A stretch of DNA of 64,000 nucleotides from assembly GCA_951406725.2 (NCBI GenBank), contig OX597823.1, positions 87,730,001 through 87,794,000 on the forward strand, in the 5' to 3' direction. This DNA is from Octopus vulgaris (taxonomy: Eukaryota). The notes below the pieces were generated by a model that searched no databases, was not told the DNA's origin, and worked only from the letters and a program-made list of their open reading frames with translations. Positions 1 to 13,859 of the stretch are shown here, piece by piece (position 1 is the first letter of the stretch; each line of letters opens with the position of its first letter). Made by a program: the position numbers and the translations under genes.

Positions 1-13
1 TACATATACAAAC

Positions 14-77
<64 letters not shown>

Positions 78-266
78 CATACTATATATGCATGCATATA
101 TACACGCATTTATGAATATATTGGTATATATGTATATGTATATATATATATATTTTTTTTTTTATGTATATATAATTATATATGCGTGTATGTATATATG
201 GAGAAATGTGTTTTGTGTATGTGTGGAATGTGTGTGTATGTGTGTTTGTGTTTGTGTGCGTGCGTG

Positions 267-304
<38 letters not shown>

Positions 305-347
305 AGTGAGTGTGTGTGTATGTGTGTGTTTGTGCGTGTGTGTGTGT
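1..347. repeat. Compound (TA)n/(TG)n/(TC)n microsatellite
   Basis: Dinucleotide runs seen directly; they explain ORFs 64..309 and 82..387. Confidence 0.95.
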
Positions 348-808
348 AAACGAGATAATATCCCAATGGCCTATGAAGAAATATCATTAAATTATATATT
401 CGCTATCTATATCTCAGATATCTTCAGTAAAAGTTGTTTCATTCACACAAAACAAACTTCTGCAAAACAGAAATTAGATTTAAAAAAGAGATATCTCTTT
501 GTATAAGGAACATCCAACAGTACAATAGAACAAATTACTCTATTTTATATATGAAGAAATAGCCTCACAGTATAGCGTGTCATTACCATCTTTCTTTCCG
601 ATCAATGTATCAAACCACCAAAATATTATGTGCTACTGTTTTCACCCCTTTTGTTTGGTAGATAGAATGACAGTTTGCAGGAGTGTCTGATCTGGTATCT
701 CTGAGACATGCGATATGAAGGGTTCCATATATTATTTATGAAAAGGTTACTTATTACATTCATTTTTACAAAACACAAGATTTTAGTCACCATATAGTAT
801 TATTATTA

Positions 809-867
<59 letters not shown>

Positions 868-1470
868 GAAGACGTCGCACAGAATCCAGTATTGTGATGT
901 AGTAGATTGAAGACATTGTTTTTTACCGGGCTTTGTGCTGTCTGTCAAGTCACAGCAAGGACCTCAGGCAGACTGTACTTTACGCAATAAGTGTGCAGTT
1001 CTAAGTAATGCCGATTTTTTAATGCCCCTAGATTGTAGGGTATTTCTAAAGTACTCAAATGTTTCACCAAGTTGGGTGATAGTCAACTCAATGCACCGAT
1101 GAAAACAGGAACAACTTTTGTTTAACTCTCACAGCTGCCTTCTTAAACATCTAAATTCTCAGGTTTCCATATTTGTCGACCGTTTGTCTTTCATGATAAT
1201 ATGTTGATCTCCTGGCACTGCCACGTCGATTATTAGGCACTCTTGTTTATCCCACCTAAACTTACAATACCCGGCCTTCGGTGCTCTGAGACGATGTTTG
1301 CCTGGAAGTCAAACTCTCAGTGGGTCCTTTCTGACCCCTTTGTCGTCCATTATCTTTTCCAGTGTATGCTGGTACCAAGCCTTCCAGCATAGTAGCCAAT
1401 GGCGGTTTTAGGTTATGTTTTCGTGTCTACTCTTGCACTCATTCTCCGCAAGACTTTCACAGAGGGAGTA
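868..1470 (-). mobile_element. Degenerate 3' fragment (RLE endonuclease region) of an R4/Dong-like non-LTR retrotransposon
   Basis: Minus-strand translation across frameshifts gives EFDFQANIVSEHRRPGIV, CLIIDVAVPGD, KVVPVFIGAL and SALLRTAHLLRKV. The 3' end abuts (TAA)n at 798-867. Confidence 0.8.
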
Positions 1471-1507
1471 CACATATAGATATTATTATTTTTGTTGTTA
1501 TTATTAT

Positions 1508-2095
1508 TAAATGAGAGAGCAGCACACACCATCTAAATGAGGCTGGGGAATAAATACGTTAAATCTAATATATATTTCTTTATTGCCCACTGCAGGTTAA
1601 AAACAGAGGGAGGAAAGGGACAGACAAAGGGATTAAGTAGATTACATCGACCCCAGTGCGTAACTGGTACTTATTTTAATCGATCCAAAAGGATGAAAGG
1701 CAAAGTAGACCTCGGCGGAATTTGAACTCAGACGAAATACTGCTAAGCATTTCACCCGGCGTGCTAACGATTCTGCCAGCCTAATATATCCATTATGACT
1801 ACCTCGAATATTACAATATAGGTGACACGGTGACCTTATATCAAATCAAGCAGCGAGGACTCCACAGGAACTAATTGGACCCCCACCTTGCAGGTGGCTC
1901 CAGTTAGAATTTTCTTCAGGCTGAGCAGCCCTCGCGCTCAAGTTGTTCTTGTGTATAAATATTTTCCAGATGTTTAAATATGATGAATGAAACACCGATG
2001 TTTCAAAAGTGAATTATTTAAATCCCAATGAATTCCTCTCAACATGTAGCTATGTTGCTCTCCTATTTATGATCTGAGATGCACATGTACACATG
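1508..2095 (-). mobile_element. Diverged, truncated copy of the ~550-bp TAA-associated non-coding element, interrupted by a SINE
   Basis: Shares aatgagagagcag, ccttgcaggtg, gaattttcttc and gaatgaaacac...tgtttc with 13228-13787 and 44410-44943. Confidence 0.8.
1574..1780 (-). mobile_element. SINE family B (ggcggcgagctggcagaa head)
   Basis: Contains aaggatgaaaggcaaagt.gacctcggcggaatttgaactcag. Target-site duplication ctaatatat at 1565-1573 and 1781-1789. Confidence 0.9.
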
Positions 2096-2107
2096 CTATA
2101 TACTATC

Positions 2108-2514
2108 TTTTATCTTGTACCTGTTTCAGTCATTAGACTGCAGCCATGCTGGAGCACTGCCTTGAAGTACTTTTATTCGAATGAATCGACCAGAGTACTT
2201 AATTTCGCAAAGCTGGGTACTTATTCTATTGGTCTATTTTGCCGAAGTTACGGGGATGTAAACACACCGACACTCGTTGTCAAGCGAAGTTATGGGAAAA
2301 ACACAAAAAACTCTCACACACACGCCTACACGCACATACACACACACATACACGCACACACATACACACACACATATATATATATATATGATGACTAAGT
2401 TCCCGTCTACCAAATCCAGTTACAAGGCTTTGATAAGCCCGAGGCTATAGTAGAAGATACTTAATAAGGTGCCACGCAGTGGGACTGAACTTTGTACCAT
2501 GCGGTTGGGAAGCA
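2108..2514 (-). mobile_element. SINE family A (tRNA-like head, internal microsatellite, LINE-like tail)
   Basis: Reverse complement of the 11552-11958 type (gtttcagtcatt.gactgc.gccatgctggagcac ... aaggtgccacgcagtgggactgaac). Confidence 0.88.
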
Positions 2515-3387
2515 GTAATATGTGATAGAGAGAATGATCCTATGTGTAGAAGAAAAGCTGAATGGAATAAGAACAACGAAAACGAGCGAAAGAACAACAA
2601 CAACAGTAACAGTCCTTTGTAGTTATAAGATAGTAGTTTACTGATAACCACCAAAATGTTGCGATGGGATTTCGACTTGAGTAGCATTTCACGTTAGAGT
2701 TCAGAGTCATTCTTTCCGCTGTTGAACTTCAGATTCAATTCATCGTCTTAAATAATGATAGTTCTAAATACATCCTGTTAAATAATGGTAAGATTTTGGG
2801 TATGGGTTTCATTGTTCATCTCCACACCCAAAAGGAACAGCAGAAGATGATATTTTGTGTTATGAAATTTCTAAAGCGATGGAAATATGAGGAGAGAGGC
2901 AGGGTTAAAACAACACAGTTTCTTCGTGGAAAGAATAATTGTAACAGCCATATGAAATAAATACATAAATTTGCCATACAAGAAACGAAAATTGATTTCG
3001 TAAATTTGTTAATAGTAGGCCACTGACAGTTTTATTTGAATGCCAATATCCACTTCGTTATATACACTTTGATTGTAGTGATACGTAATCTAATTCCTAT
3101 TTAAGAAAAATATTCATAGAAATTTAAAAGACGAAAAGCAAAATATTTTGAGTGAATTAATGCAAATTCTATATATGTTAGGAACTATAAAACTATCAAA
3201 TTTCTGAAACATTGACAAGAAAATACGAGTTGACCCTCTATTAGTGCACGTTCGTTAAAACTCCACATATAGTTTGCTGTCAACATTCAACAAGCTTCGA
3301 ATTGGTGATTTTTTAGATGTTCACATTGACATGATATCTTTGAAACATGTTAGATAGCTGAGCCCTTTCTTACTGTTCCACTATTCC

Positions 3388-3797
3388 TCTTTTACTCTTT
3401 TACTTGTTTCAGTCATTTCACTGCGGCCATGCTGGAGCACTGCCTTTAGTCGAAAAAATCGACCCCAGGACGTATACTTTGTAAGCGTTGTACTTATTCT
3501 ATCGGTCATTTTTGCCGAGGCGCTATGTTACGGGGACGTAAACACACCAGCATCGGTTGTCAAGCGATGGGGGGGGGGCAAACACAGACACACAAACATC
3601 TACACACACATATATATATATATATACATACACATATATACGACAGGCTTCTTTCACTTTCTGTCTACCAAATCCACTCGCAAGGCTTTGGTCGGCTCGA
3701 GGCTATAGAAGACACTTGCCCAAGGTGCCATGCAGTGGGACTGAAACCGGAAACATGTGGTTGGTAAGCAAGCCAGTTACCACACAGCCACTCCTGA
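3388..3797 (-). mobile_element. SINE family A, near full length
   Basis: Colinear with 11552-11958 in reverse orientation. Confidence 0.92.
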
Positions 3798-4092
3798 AAT
3801 TGTAATAACTACGGCTGGAAATCAATTACGTTCATAAAATGATACACGTTTAGCGGTGCGCATGGCTGGTAAAATATCTTACAGTATACATCACAAATGA
3901 AGCTTAAAACAGTATTTTAGTAAGTTACTCTCGTACATAAAACGGATGGAAAAAATGTGCATACTTTAGGATGCAGAAGTAGGGCATTTAAAAATATCTT
4001 TAATGCGCATGTCCTGGAATTCTAGGTTTTTAAGAACACTGACTATGAAACGAGATCTTTAACATAACGAGAAGCGGTCGATTGTTACGCTA

Positions 4093-4466
4093 TCTCTCTA
4101 TATATAAACAGCAAACTGTGTGTGTGTCTGTGTGTGTGTGTCCTTTATACAAATCCACAATTTTTCAGTTAGAGGTCTCGCACTTTTTCTGGTTATTCAA
4201 AACCGTCCAAGAGTGGTCATGCACATCTTTACATTTCCGCTGTTACCCCGCAAAGTCATTCAAAAATGAATAGAAGTGACTTTTTTGTGAATTTACTGTC
4301 CAAAACCCAATCAAAATGCCCGAATCTTGATACGCCAATTGAATGCCAGCCGGCTATATGTGATTGATCGGAGATTTGGACAGTACTCGCATGTATGCGC
4401 GCACGCACGCAGCTGTATATGCATACACTAGCACTATGACCTGGCGTTGCCGGGTCATACTGCTAG
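4093..4466 (+). mobile_element. Non-autonomous Helitron
   Basis: 5' TC (tctctctatatataaa), 3' CTAG preceded by the GC-rich hairpin gacctggc-gtt-gccgggtc, inserted between host A and T with no TSD. Confidence 0.8.
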
Positions 4467-5071
4467 TATAAAATATTCACTATTGAACAACTTCGAGGAC
4501 ATAATCAAAGAAGGATTCTACGATCTGGAAATCTTGAAGCTTATTCATAGAATAATCATATTAGCATTTATATATCTGGTCATTTAGAAAATGGGTTTGT
4601 TAGTTTTCATTTGAAGGCAAGAGGTATAGCTAGAACTACACTTGTCGGGTCAATTATTAGTAGTGAATCTTCTATTAATTATAAGAGAATGAAGTACTCT
4701 GAATTTTCAGTATACTTTTAAAAGATTGTGGTTTGGTTATCACGACAATATATAATCAAGATAGATTAAATTTCTTTTGTTTATTTCAGGTTGTCTCTGG
4801 TTTCTGTTTTGGTTTCGTTTTGCAAGACATATGCATTTAAACCTTGTAATCGACTGCTGTAAGGATCATTCTTTTATTTGGTGTTTGAACTTGTGGAATA
4901 CTCTTAAATTTTATGGCTTTGTGCAAATTGCTATAAATGTTCTCTGCTTAGTTCACTCTTTGTGGTTTTTGAAACTTACCTACCGATATTATTTTAATAT
5001 TTTATCTCGACTAATTACATATTTTTTCTGAAGTTCAAATTATGTTTTGTGTTAAAATAAATGTTTTGAAA

Positions 5072-5455
5072 GGCGGTGAACTGGCAGAATCTTTAGCACA
5101 CCGGGCGAGATGCTTAGCTGTATTTCGTCTGCTGCTACGTTGTGAGTTCAAATTACGCCGAGGTCGATAAGTACTAGTTACGCACTGGGGTCGATATAAT
5201 CGACCTATTCCGTTTGCCTGTCCTTGTTTGTCCTCTTTGTATTTAGCCCCTTGTGGGTAGTTAAGAAATGGGTATTTCGTCTGCCGCTACGTTCTGAGTT
5301 CAAATTCCGCCGAGATCGACTTTGCCTTTCATCCTTTCGGGGTCGATAAAATAAGTACCATTACGTACTGGGGTCGATGTAATCAACTTAATCCCTTTGT
5401 CTGTCCTTGTTTGTCTCTTCTATGTTTAGCCCCCTGTATGAAATAAAGAAATAGA
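5072..5455 (+). mobile_element. SINE family B, partially dimeric
   Basis: Head ggcggtgaactggcagaa; body duplicated; domain gcctttcatcctttcggggtcgataaaataagtacc. TSD atgttttgaaa at 5061-5071 and 5459-5469. Confidence 0.92.
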
Positions 5456-6439
5456 TACATGTTTTGAAATGCAATTCACTTAGTCTTTATATTATACCAA
5501 ACTACATCTCTCTAAGTGTATTTTACAGATTGATGTAGTGGTTTATTTCGTGACGATGCATTCCTTATGTAGCTGGAAAAAATATATTAATAGCTTTGAG
5601 CACAGCAAAACTATTTTTGACGCATTCTGGAGAAGTTAGTTTATGCATAAATATAGAACGTTAGATAATACACATACACAAGACTCAGATACACATATAA
5701 ATACACAATCGCATGTATATTCGTATGTATGTATTGATGTTGATAGAAAGGTATCTACATGTTTGTATGTCTAAATATATATAGAGAGAGATGGGGAAAG
5801 AGAAGAGAGGAACAGAAACGGAAATGCGAGAGGAAAGACAAGCAAGAGATGGACACCTCTATAACGCTGTTCCCCTTCCCAGTTGCGTAAAACCAATGAA
5901 CACACATTTCACATCTTTCATCTTTTCCTCCCTTACCCATCTCATTAAAATTACCAAATAAAACAAGACAGAAAAAAAAAACAACACTCTTGAAACTGTT
6001 ATTTAAGTTATAACATATAAATAATGAAACAAAATCTAAATACGTTTACTTGGCAAAATGTCCACTGATGTTTCAAGTATTTAATAAAGCAATGGACCCG
6101 ACTAATTCTCGTTTGTACTTTCTCCTCTTGTTAAAAATCGAAATGAGGAGAAAAACTAATCAAAAGTTAACAAAAAATGAAGATAAATACTAAAGCAAAC
6201 AATGAAATGAAATGCAAAAAAAAAAAAAGAAAATGAAAACAATAAGTTAAAAAATTATACATTTCAGTGATGGTATGTCATAAAAAACGATTACTTGGTA
6301 ATATTTCAAATTACCTACCAAGTATTTAACAAAGCAATAAATATATAAACAGATCAAAGAGAAAAAACAACATTTGATGTTCAAACAGCATTAATGTATG
6401 TCTTTAACAAGTTATCCTCGCTCATACGCTCTCTTTATC

Positions 6440-6531
6440 CCCGTCACTCTTTCTTTGTCTGTCTGTCTGTCTCTCTGCCTCTTTCGACATATATGTATGT
6501 ACAAATGCATACATACACACACACACACACA

Positions 6532-6576
<45 letters not shown>

Positions 6577-6594
6577 CATACATACATGCATATA

Positions 6595-6625
<31 letters not shown>

Positions 6626-6627
6626 CC

Positions 6628-6663
<36 letters not shown>

Positions 6664-6720
6664 GTGTGTGTGTATGTGTGTGTATGTATATGCATGTATA
6701 TTTGTCTGCATGTGTATATC
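6440..6720. repeat. (TA)n/(CA)n/(TG)n microsatellite block
   Basis: Seen directly. Confidence 0.9.
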
Positions 6721-7361
6721 TCCCCGACTGCTTCTCTATGTCTCCTCTCTCCTCCTGTAATAATATCTCTGTCGTTTTCTCATAATTTTCCGCCTTACCT
6801 TCCCACAGCCATTTTACTCTCCACTTTCCCTTCTCCCTCACATGTTCCCGCTCTCACTCTCTTTCCCTCTTACTGCATGTATGCCTATGTTATTATTCCC
6901 TTCACTTCAACAACATATTTTCGTCTCACTATCTCGGCGTCTGATTTTTGCTTCCTACTCATTCGTAATCTGTTTACTTACTTGCTCATATTTCCCTTCC
7001 TCCCATCTCGTTTTACGGTAGTTTCTCTTTAATAATATCTCCTACTCCCAAGTTCAGGTTTCTCATTTTCTCTTCACTTATAATACTATCCCTGCGCTTA
7101 TAATTTTACAGTATGGACCCCTATTACTTTACAAACCTCGATTACTCTGCCTGACCGTTTGTCCATTACACCGTCACACTTGTCTCACTGTCTCTCAGCT
7201 TCTCGCACATGTGAATGTAGCTCTTTATTGTATTTAGGTTAGACCATTTATATTCTGACTTGAACGAAAATTGATTATAATAGAACATATACCAGAGAGG
7301 GGTAAAACAGAAAGAGATCTATGGTGTTGTGTTGAATAGCAAACGTGCTGTTTCTTCCTTC

Positions 7362-7625
7362 TCGAAACATGCCTAGATCATAAGGGCCGGTTTACCGGTT
7401 TCATTGGCGTATAGGTTCCCCACCTGGACAGAACGCCGGTGTGTCACGGATTAATTTCTAGATGCAGGAGGAAAGAGTGAAAGAAACTTGTGGCGAAAGA
7501 GCCAACGGAAGTTCACCATTACCTTTAACTGGAGCCGCGTGGAGCTTGGGTGTTTCGCTCATAAACAGACACATCGTCCTGTCTGAGATTCGAACCCGAG
7601 ATCCCTCGGCCATGTACCTCCACTG
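7362..7625 (-). mobile_element. SINE family C-like head with a different tail
   Basis: ggagccgcgtggagcttgggtgtttcgctcataaac and B-box-like gattcgaaccc match 23830-24018. Confidence 0.75.
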
Positions 7626-8039
7626 AATATACTTCCTGAATCGAAATTTCTCCTTCGCTAGTGGTAGAAAACAATGAGCAATAGTTATCGAGGCTCAATA
7701 ATGAATGAAGTAATTTTTTAATATATCTAGAATTTATTCCGGCAAAAGCATTATCACACCAGCATACAAAACCTCTCTTTCACTGGCTGACAAATCCTTA
7801 TAAAGAAGTTGTAGATTTTAATATGCATTCCATCCATATTGAGGATTGAGGGTAGAATAAATATAGACAATATATCATGTACTGGAATCATCATATCAAT
7901 CTTAGTCATGACTGTGGATCATTCCTATAAACATCTTTGCCAAGTAAAAGATGAAACTGTCTGTGACAATAACGAAAACACTTAAAACCCGAAAAAAGCC
8001 AGGCTCTGTAAAAACATCATCCAAAAGTACTGGCATCAA

Positions 8040-8243
8040 TACTTGGCACAAGGCAAGCAATATTGGGGGGATGTAAATCGATTACATGGAGACCAGTTCT
8101 CAACTGGTACTCACTTTATCAACTCCGAAACGAAAACAGGTAAAGTTGGCCTCGGCGAAATTTGAACCCATAACATAAAAAACGGACGAAATGCCACTAA
8201 GTATTTTGACCGGTGTGCTGACGACCCTGCCGGTTCGCCGCCT
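8040..8243 (-). mobile_element. SINE family B, diverged
   Basis: cctcggcgaaatttgaacc ... ctgccggttcgccgcc. Confidence 0.85.
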
Positions 8244-9027
8244 AATTTCATCCAAAAATTTTAAGTAGAAGAATATTCATATGGATATAACTCTATAAAA
8301 ATCTACAGCTTCCTTATAGGGATTATATATTCGTACTCATAGAGATGTGTATGTCTTTTTACAGAAACTAGCCGATTGTTCATTGTGTTATATGTACACT
8401 CGAGTGTTGGAAAATTGATAAATCTCGTCCTTTAATATTTCTATAAACGTTTTTGAAAATGCACACCATCGGTTGCGATCGAGTCTGCTAGAAATCTTAG
8501 TATTTCTGTTAAAATATCTTACATCTACAAGTGGTAATTAAGTTATCACGTGAAACAAATGTTTCCAAGATTTCATTATGTCCAATACATCAAAAATTCG
8601 ATTTAGTCCAACAACACGTGTTTTCTTTTTTTTTTTGGCGCGTAACATATGGATAAATCAATGATTTGTAAGGAAAATAGAAAATGGTTTCTTATGACAA
8701 ACATCTTTTCAAGTACAGTCACATAAAATATTTTCATGACTTGTACCAAATATTTCGAAAGGCAATATCGAATTTTACCAATCTAATTTTCGTAAGGAAG
8801 ACAACTATATCAGCTCCCACTTGGGAGTGTTATGACTAAAATATGTAGAAAACCAATACAGTAGACAGCATTCTATTTCGTTTCGGGTTCAGACTCTTTT
8901 ACTATCAATAAATTAAATATTACTAAATGTTTGAGACTGTAAATTGAAAGTGCTCTTACCTGTAATTTTAGTTGTCCACTTTGATTCCTTAAAACAGTGT
9001 TTCTCCTCCAAAAGTACGCGTGGGAGT

Positions 9028-9350
9028 GAATGTGCGTGGCTTAGTGTTTAGGGCATTTGGTTCACGATCTGAAGGCCGTGAGTTTGAATCCCAACGACGT
9101 GTTCTGTCCTTGAACGAGATATTTTATTTCACGTTACTCCAGTACACTCAGCTGGCAAAAATGAGTAACACCTGTATTTCAAAGATCCAGCCTCGCCACA
9201 CACTTTGCCCCTCTGAGTCTTCCTAAGTACTACGGTAAGTGTATACATGTCTGTGGAGTATTCAACCACATGCCCGTTAATTTCACGAGTAGGTCGTTCC
9301 GTTGATCGGATCAAATGAAATCCTTGTAGTTGTAACAGACAGGGTGCCAA
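9028..9350 (+). mobile_element. SINE family D (tRNA-like head, tail shared with family C)
   Basis: A/B-box-like tggcttagtg and gtttgaatccc; tail ttaatttcacgag...gttccgttgatcggatcaa. Confidence 0.85.
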
Positions 9351-9391
9351 TACCTACGGAAACATTTGGTACATATTTTACTTGGATATAT

Positions 9392-9623
9392 CTATTTCTT
9401 TATTACCTACAACGGGCTAAACATAGAGGGGACAAACAAGGACAGACATAGGTATCAAGTCGATTACATCGACACCAGTGCGTAACTGGTACATAATTTA
9501 TCGACCTCGAAAGGATGAAAGGCAAAGTCAACCTCGGCGGTTTTGAACTCAGAACGCAACTACAGACGAAATACGGCTACGCATTTCGCCCGGCGTGCTA
9601 TCGTTTCTGCCAGCTCGCCGCCT
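9392..9623 (-). mobile_element. SINE family B, full length
   Basis: TSD ttttacttggatata at 9376-9390 and 9626-9640. Confidence 0.93.
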
Positions 9624-11551
9624 TGTTTTACTTGGATATACCCTCCTAGCTAGCCATCTGATGCCTAGAAAAATAATTTTACGATTATCATTAGGAACTG
9701 TAAGGAAAAATTGTTAAAATCGTTAGTGTATTCTAGAAATAGAACCAATTAATTGCAAGTGTAACCAAGTTATTAACAACAAAACCGTATATGGACTCCG
9801 GTTGAAAAGCGTTGTTTTAAAATGCGTGGGAGAAACGTCAATGCTTTTCACTTCTAATGTTACATCACATGTTGACATCTTACCAGCGCTGATTCAGCTT
9901 GAAACTGCTGGTTGTGTATTTTCTATTTATCGTTTTAGAGTTGTTAATTTACGAACTTGCCTTATAGTCAAATAATTAGCTCCTAAATTCTTTCACGGAA
10001 ACAGCTTCAAATTGAAAACTAAATTTTTGTTTAGTTTTCTTGTTAGCAAAGTTAAATGTCCACAATATTTGCACCTGGATTAAATTGTAAATTGTGTACC
10101 ATTTTTCTCAAAAAATTATGCTCAGTTATTTCAATTTATCTAAATACTAAGCTGTTATGTACTGAACATAAGGTTTAAGCATTTTTCAGCAGTATATATA
10201 GTAGTCTTCTGAACCTGTTTTGGTTTAAGAAAATAAGGCGATGACACTACAGTTTTCCATTAGGGACAGACCATTTATATTTGAGTGACTGCGTCGATAG
10301 TGTGGAAGAACTAATAAAGTTCACTTCAAAATTGTTTGGCGGGAGAGTTCATGGACCGTTTATAAGCTTCTATGATATGTGGAAAGGATAGAGAAAAACA
10401 TGCTGTATCTGTATATGTTGCATGGATGTTTGAAAATTAGTGTATGCCACTAAAAGCACCCAAAATGTCACGCCGTGTTTTTAGCTGGGGTATAGGTTAA
10501 ATCTACCACTTAAGTAGGCCATGGCGTGATTTGAACTCAGGATTCAATGTGCCTGAGCAAATACCGCAAGATATCCGAAGTTCTTACAATCCCACCAAGA
10601 CCTTGCACTGCACAACACATTTTTTATCGATCTCGAAGAGATGAAAAGAAAAGTTTACATGGCGAATTATGTATACTTCTATTAAGGCAAACTCTCCTCT
10701 GATATTTGTCACTCAACTATCACGAAAATAACTGTTTATAAATGAAGCATTTAATTATATATATGGACAAATCTCTCTAATGTGTAGCTTACTGCCAAGA
10801 CTTTATAATTATTATGATTTTTATGCTATAGGGATCGATAAAAGTCAAGCATTCTGATCAATATATTCGGCTGGTCCATACCAGATATATAAATGACTGC
10901 TCCCTCTCCTCACATTTCTGGCCATCTGCCTATGTAAGAGATTTTGATTATTATTGGGGCTACATCGGAATGGGCAATGAATCGCTTAGTAATAAAAGTT
11001 GAAACAATATCCATTAAGATACTTAATGTTTCTGCGTTCTCAGAACCATTTGCCCTTTAATAAAACAAGTATTATTTAAGACATTAGCATTTAAAGCAGC
11101 CATATCCGACCAGCATATTGTTTATAGTTCAAACTAGCCATATCTGTGTTCGTGCATTTTACAATTTCATTCTAAATGTAAACCATTACACAATTGAAAT
11201 CTCAAAGCAACGAGAAAACGCCTGATTAATTAAAAGCAAGGTGGATAAATAAGTATTACATTTGATTGTAATCTGAATGCGAAAGAGTAAAATTTATATA
11301 GTTTTGTTTCCACAAAAGTTAACGACTTGAGCTTTCATTAACGTTCATGTCTTTTCAGTGTACTGCTGTGTAAAATCAAACTGTATTGCGATTCGAACTT
11401 CCACGCGTTACAATCAAATTTCTCTAGGGTTATCGTGGACTTTCGATTTTAATAAATTAACTCAGAATTACAGCCTGAAAAATTCCCCGAAGAACGATGC
11501 TCTACAAACAGTGGAAGAGCTGTACCTATGTTGGTTAAAATATATAATAAT

Positions 11552-11958
11552 GGCGCAGGAGTGGCTGTGTGGTAAGTAGCTTGTTTATCAACCACATGGT
11601 TCCGGGTTCAGTCCCACTGCGTGGCACCTTGGGCAAGTGTCTTCTTCTATAGCCTCGGGCCGACCAGAGCCTTGTGAGTGGATTTGGTAGACGGAAACTG
11701 AAAGAAGCCCGTCGTATATATGTATATGTATATATATATGTACGTGTGTGTGTCTGTGTGTCTGTGTTTGTCCCCATAGCATCGCTTGATAATCGATGCT
11801 GGTGTGTTTATGTCCCCGTTACTTAGCGGTTCGGCAAAAGAGACCGATAGAATAAGTACTAGGCTTACAAAAGAATAAGTCCCAGGGTCGAGTTGCTCGA
11901 TTAAAGGCGGTGCTCCAGCATGGCCGCAGTCAAATGACTGAAACAAGTAAAAGAGTAA
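11552..11958 (+). mobile_element. SINE family A, full length (reference copy)
   Basis: tRNA-like head ggcgcaggagtggctgtgtggtaag...ggttcagtccc, central (TA)/(TG) tract, tail ccagcatggccgcagtcaaatgactgaaac followed by short gtaaaaga repeats. Confidence 0.95.
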
Positions 11959-12127
11959 ATGGTTTGTGATTGAGGGACATGAGGAGAGGGACAGATAAGC
12001 TTAACCAAGGCGTGATAAGAACCCGGTGTGTAATATGTCAGAACAAATAACGCAACGCATTTTTTCCCCGATAATCTAATGATGGAGCCAACTCCCTGCA
12101 CAAGCTATCTTCCTAAATAATCATTAC

Positions 12128-12333
12128 TACTACAGGTACAGAACCTAAAGTTTTAGGGTAAGGAGGTAGTCGATTACATCATCTCCTTGCTCAATTGATT
12201 TTATTTTATTAATCCTGAGAGGATGAAAGGCAAAGTCAATCTCGGCGGAATTTGAACTTAGAACATATAGACCGGCAAAATATCGTTCCGCATTTTGTAC
12301 GGCGTGCTAACGATTCTGCCATCCCACCGCCTT
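12128..12333 (-). mobile_element. SINE family B
   Basis: ggatgaaaggcaaagtcaatctcggcggaatttgaact. Confidence 0.87.
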
Positions 12334-12549
12334 AGCTCTGTCTTTTTGGTTATCATTTCACTCATAATCACAAGGCTTGGAATTTTGGGACTATAATATA
12401 CAAGAACATTTTTTTGCAAAATTCTTTGTCATTCATCATTTCGGGGTCCATGATATAAGTAACAGTTACCTACTGGGTCCGATGCAATAGATTATGTCCA
12501 TACTCCAATATTTAAGGCCCTGTAGAAAGGATAATAATAATTATCATTC

Positions 12550-13200
12550 TTTTAACTCAGATTTTGTTGGGACGCCTGGAATCTTGCATGGAGTAGCGGT
12601 CTTGCTATCTGCAGCCTACGGTGTCGTGCTATTTGTTCTCTTCAACTATTTCAAACTTTCCTAATGATTCTGGTCGTGCCAAGAAGCCAAACTTTATATA
12701 ACAGCTTTACGGGGCACTCTATTCTCATTTCCTGTGTGTTCCAAGGCTCCAGTAATAACCGGCACTACCTTCACCTTTTTTTAAAACTTCCGTTGTCCAG
12801 TTATCTCTTATTTCATAGGATTGCATAATTCAACATTCTCACGTTACTTTTAACTAGCCATAAATCAATTGGGTATGCAATGTCAATTATAGAGGGCATG
12901 TGGTTTATTTGTTCCACCATTACTAGGCCCGGTTTGCTGCGATCAAGTCCATGGTCTATTTGAATTGAACAATCCCACAGGAGTTTTCAAGTTTCGGTTG
13001 AGTCACTCTCTGTGATTTGTGGTAATGCCATCTCTAACCCCTGGCACTGTACCTGTAGTAGAAATGATTACTTAGGAAGACAGCTTGTGCAGAGAGTTGG
13101 CACCACCATGAGATTATCGGAAAAAATGCATTGCGTTATTTGTTCTGACATATTACAGTTTCCAATGCAGGACTTTTGTTACCTCATTGTATAACCAGAA
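12550..13200 (-). mobile_element. Degenerate 3' fragment (RLE region) of an R4/Dong-like element
   Basis: Minus strand reads LWDCSIQIDHGLDRSKPGLV, IIDIAYPID and KVKVVPVITGAL, homologous to the RLE region at 41400-41740. Confidence 0.75.
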
Positions 13201-13227
13201 CTTCTACTACTATTTTTATTATAATTA

Positions 13228-13787
13228 TTGAATGAGAGAGCAGTGCATACCATCAAAGTGACAATGGGGTACAAATATATGAAGCCCAGTATACCCATCA
13301 TGACTGCCCGTCTCATAAGGGTACATCAGACACATGCATCACAACCATATGTGTGCGACGTGGTGATCTCATATCAAGATAAACTGCACATGACCTTGCA
13401 GGTGCGGCTCAGATGGAATTTTCTTCTAGTCGAGTAACCCATTCCGCTCAAAAGTCCCTAAATAAGGATTGTTTAAGGATTTTGAATGAAACACCTATGT
13501 TTCCAAATGTAAATTATCCAAACCTCCAAGAATTCCTTTCAACACACGGCTATGATGCTACCCCACTACTTCTGCTCGTGATCAGACATGCACATATCGT
13601 CAGCCACTAAGGGACATGGTCAAATGGCCAAGGTCAAACAAATGACACGCAAATCTGTGGTATTGAGCAGAATATTTGCTGTAGCCCATCTTTTATACCA
13701 AGATAAAACAATGTACATGATAACACTTCCAATCAGTTAAGATCAGAAGCTATGAGAACCACTGCATTGTACTGCGTCAGAGCATTT
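13228..13787 (-). mobile_element. ~560-bp TAA-associated non-coding element, full length
   Basis: End-to-end similarity with 44410-44943 and the reverse complement of 58019-58560; flanked by TTA-type repeats. Strand inferred from TAA polarity. Confidence 0.9.
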
Positions 13788-13815
13788 ATTATTATTATTG
13801 TTGTTGTTGTTGTTG

Positions 13816-13859
<44 letters not shown>

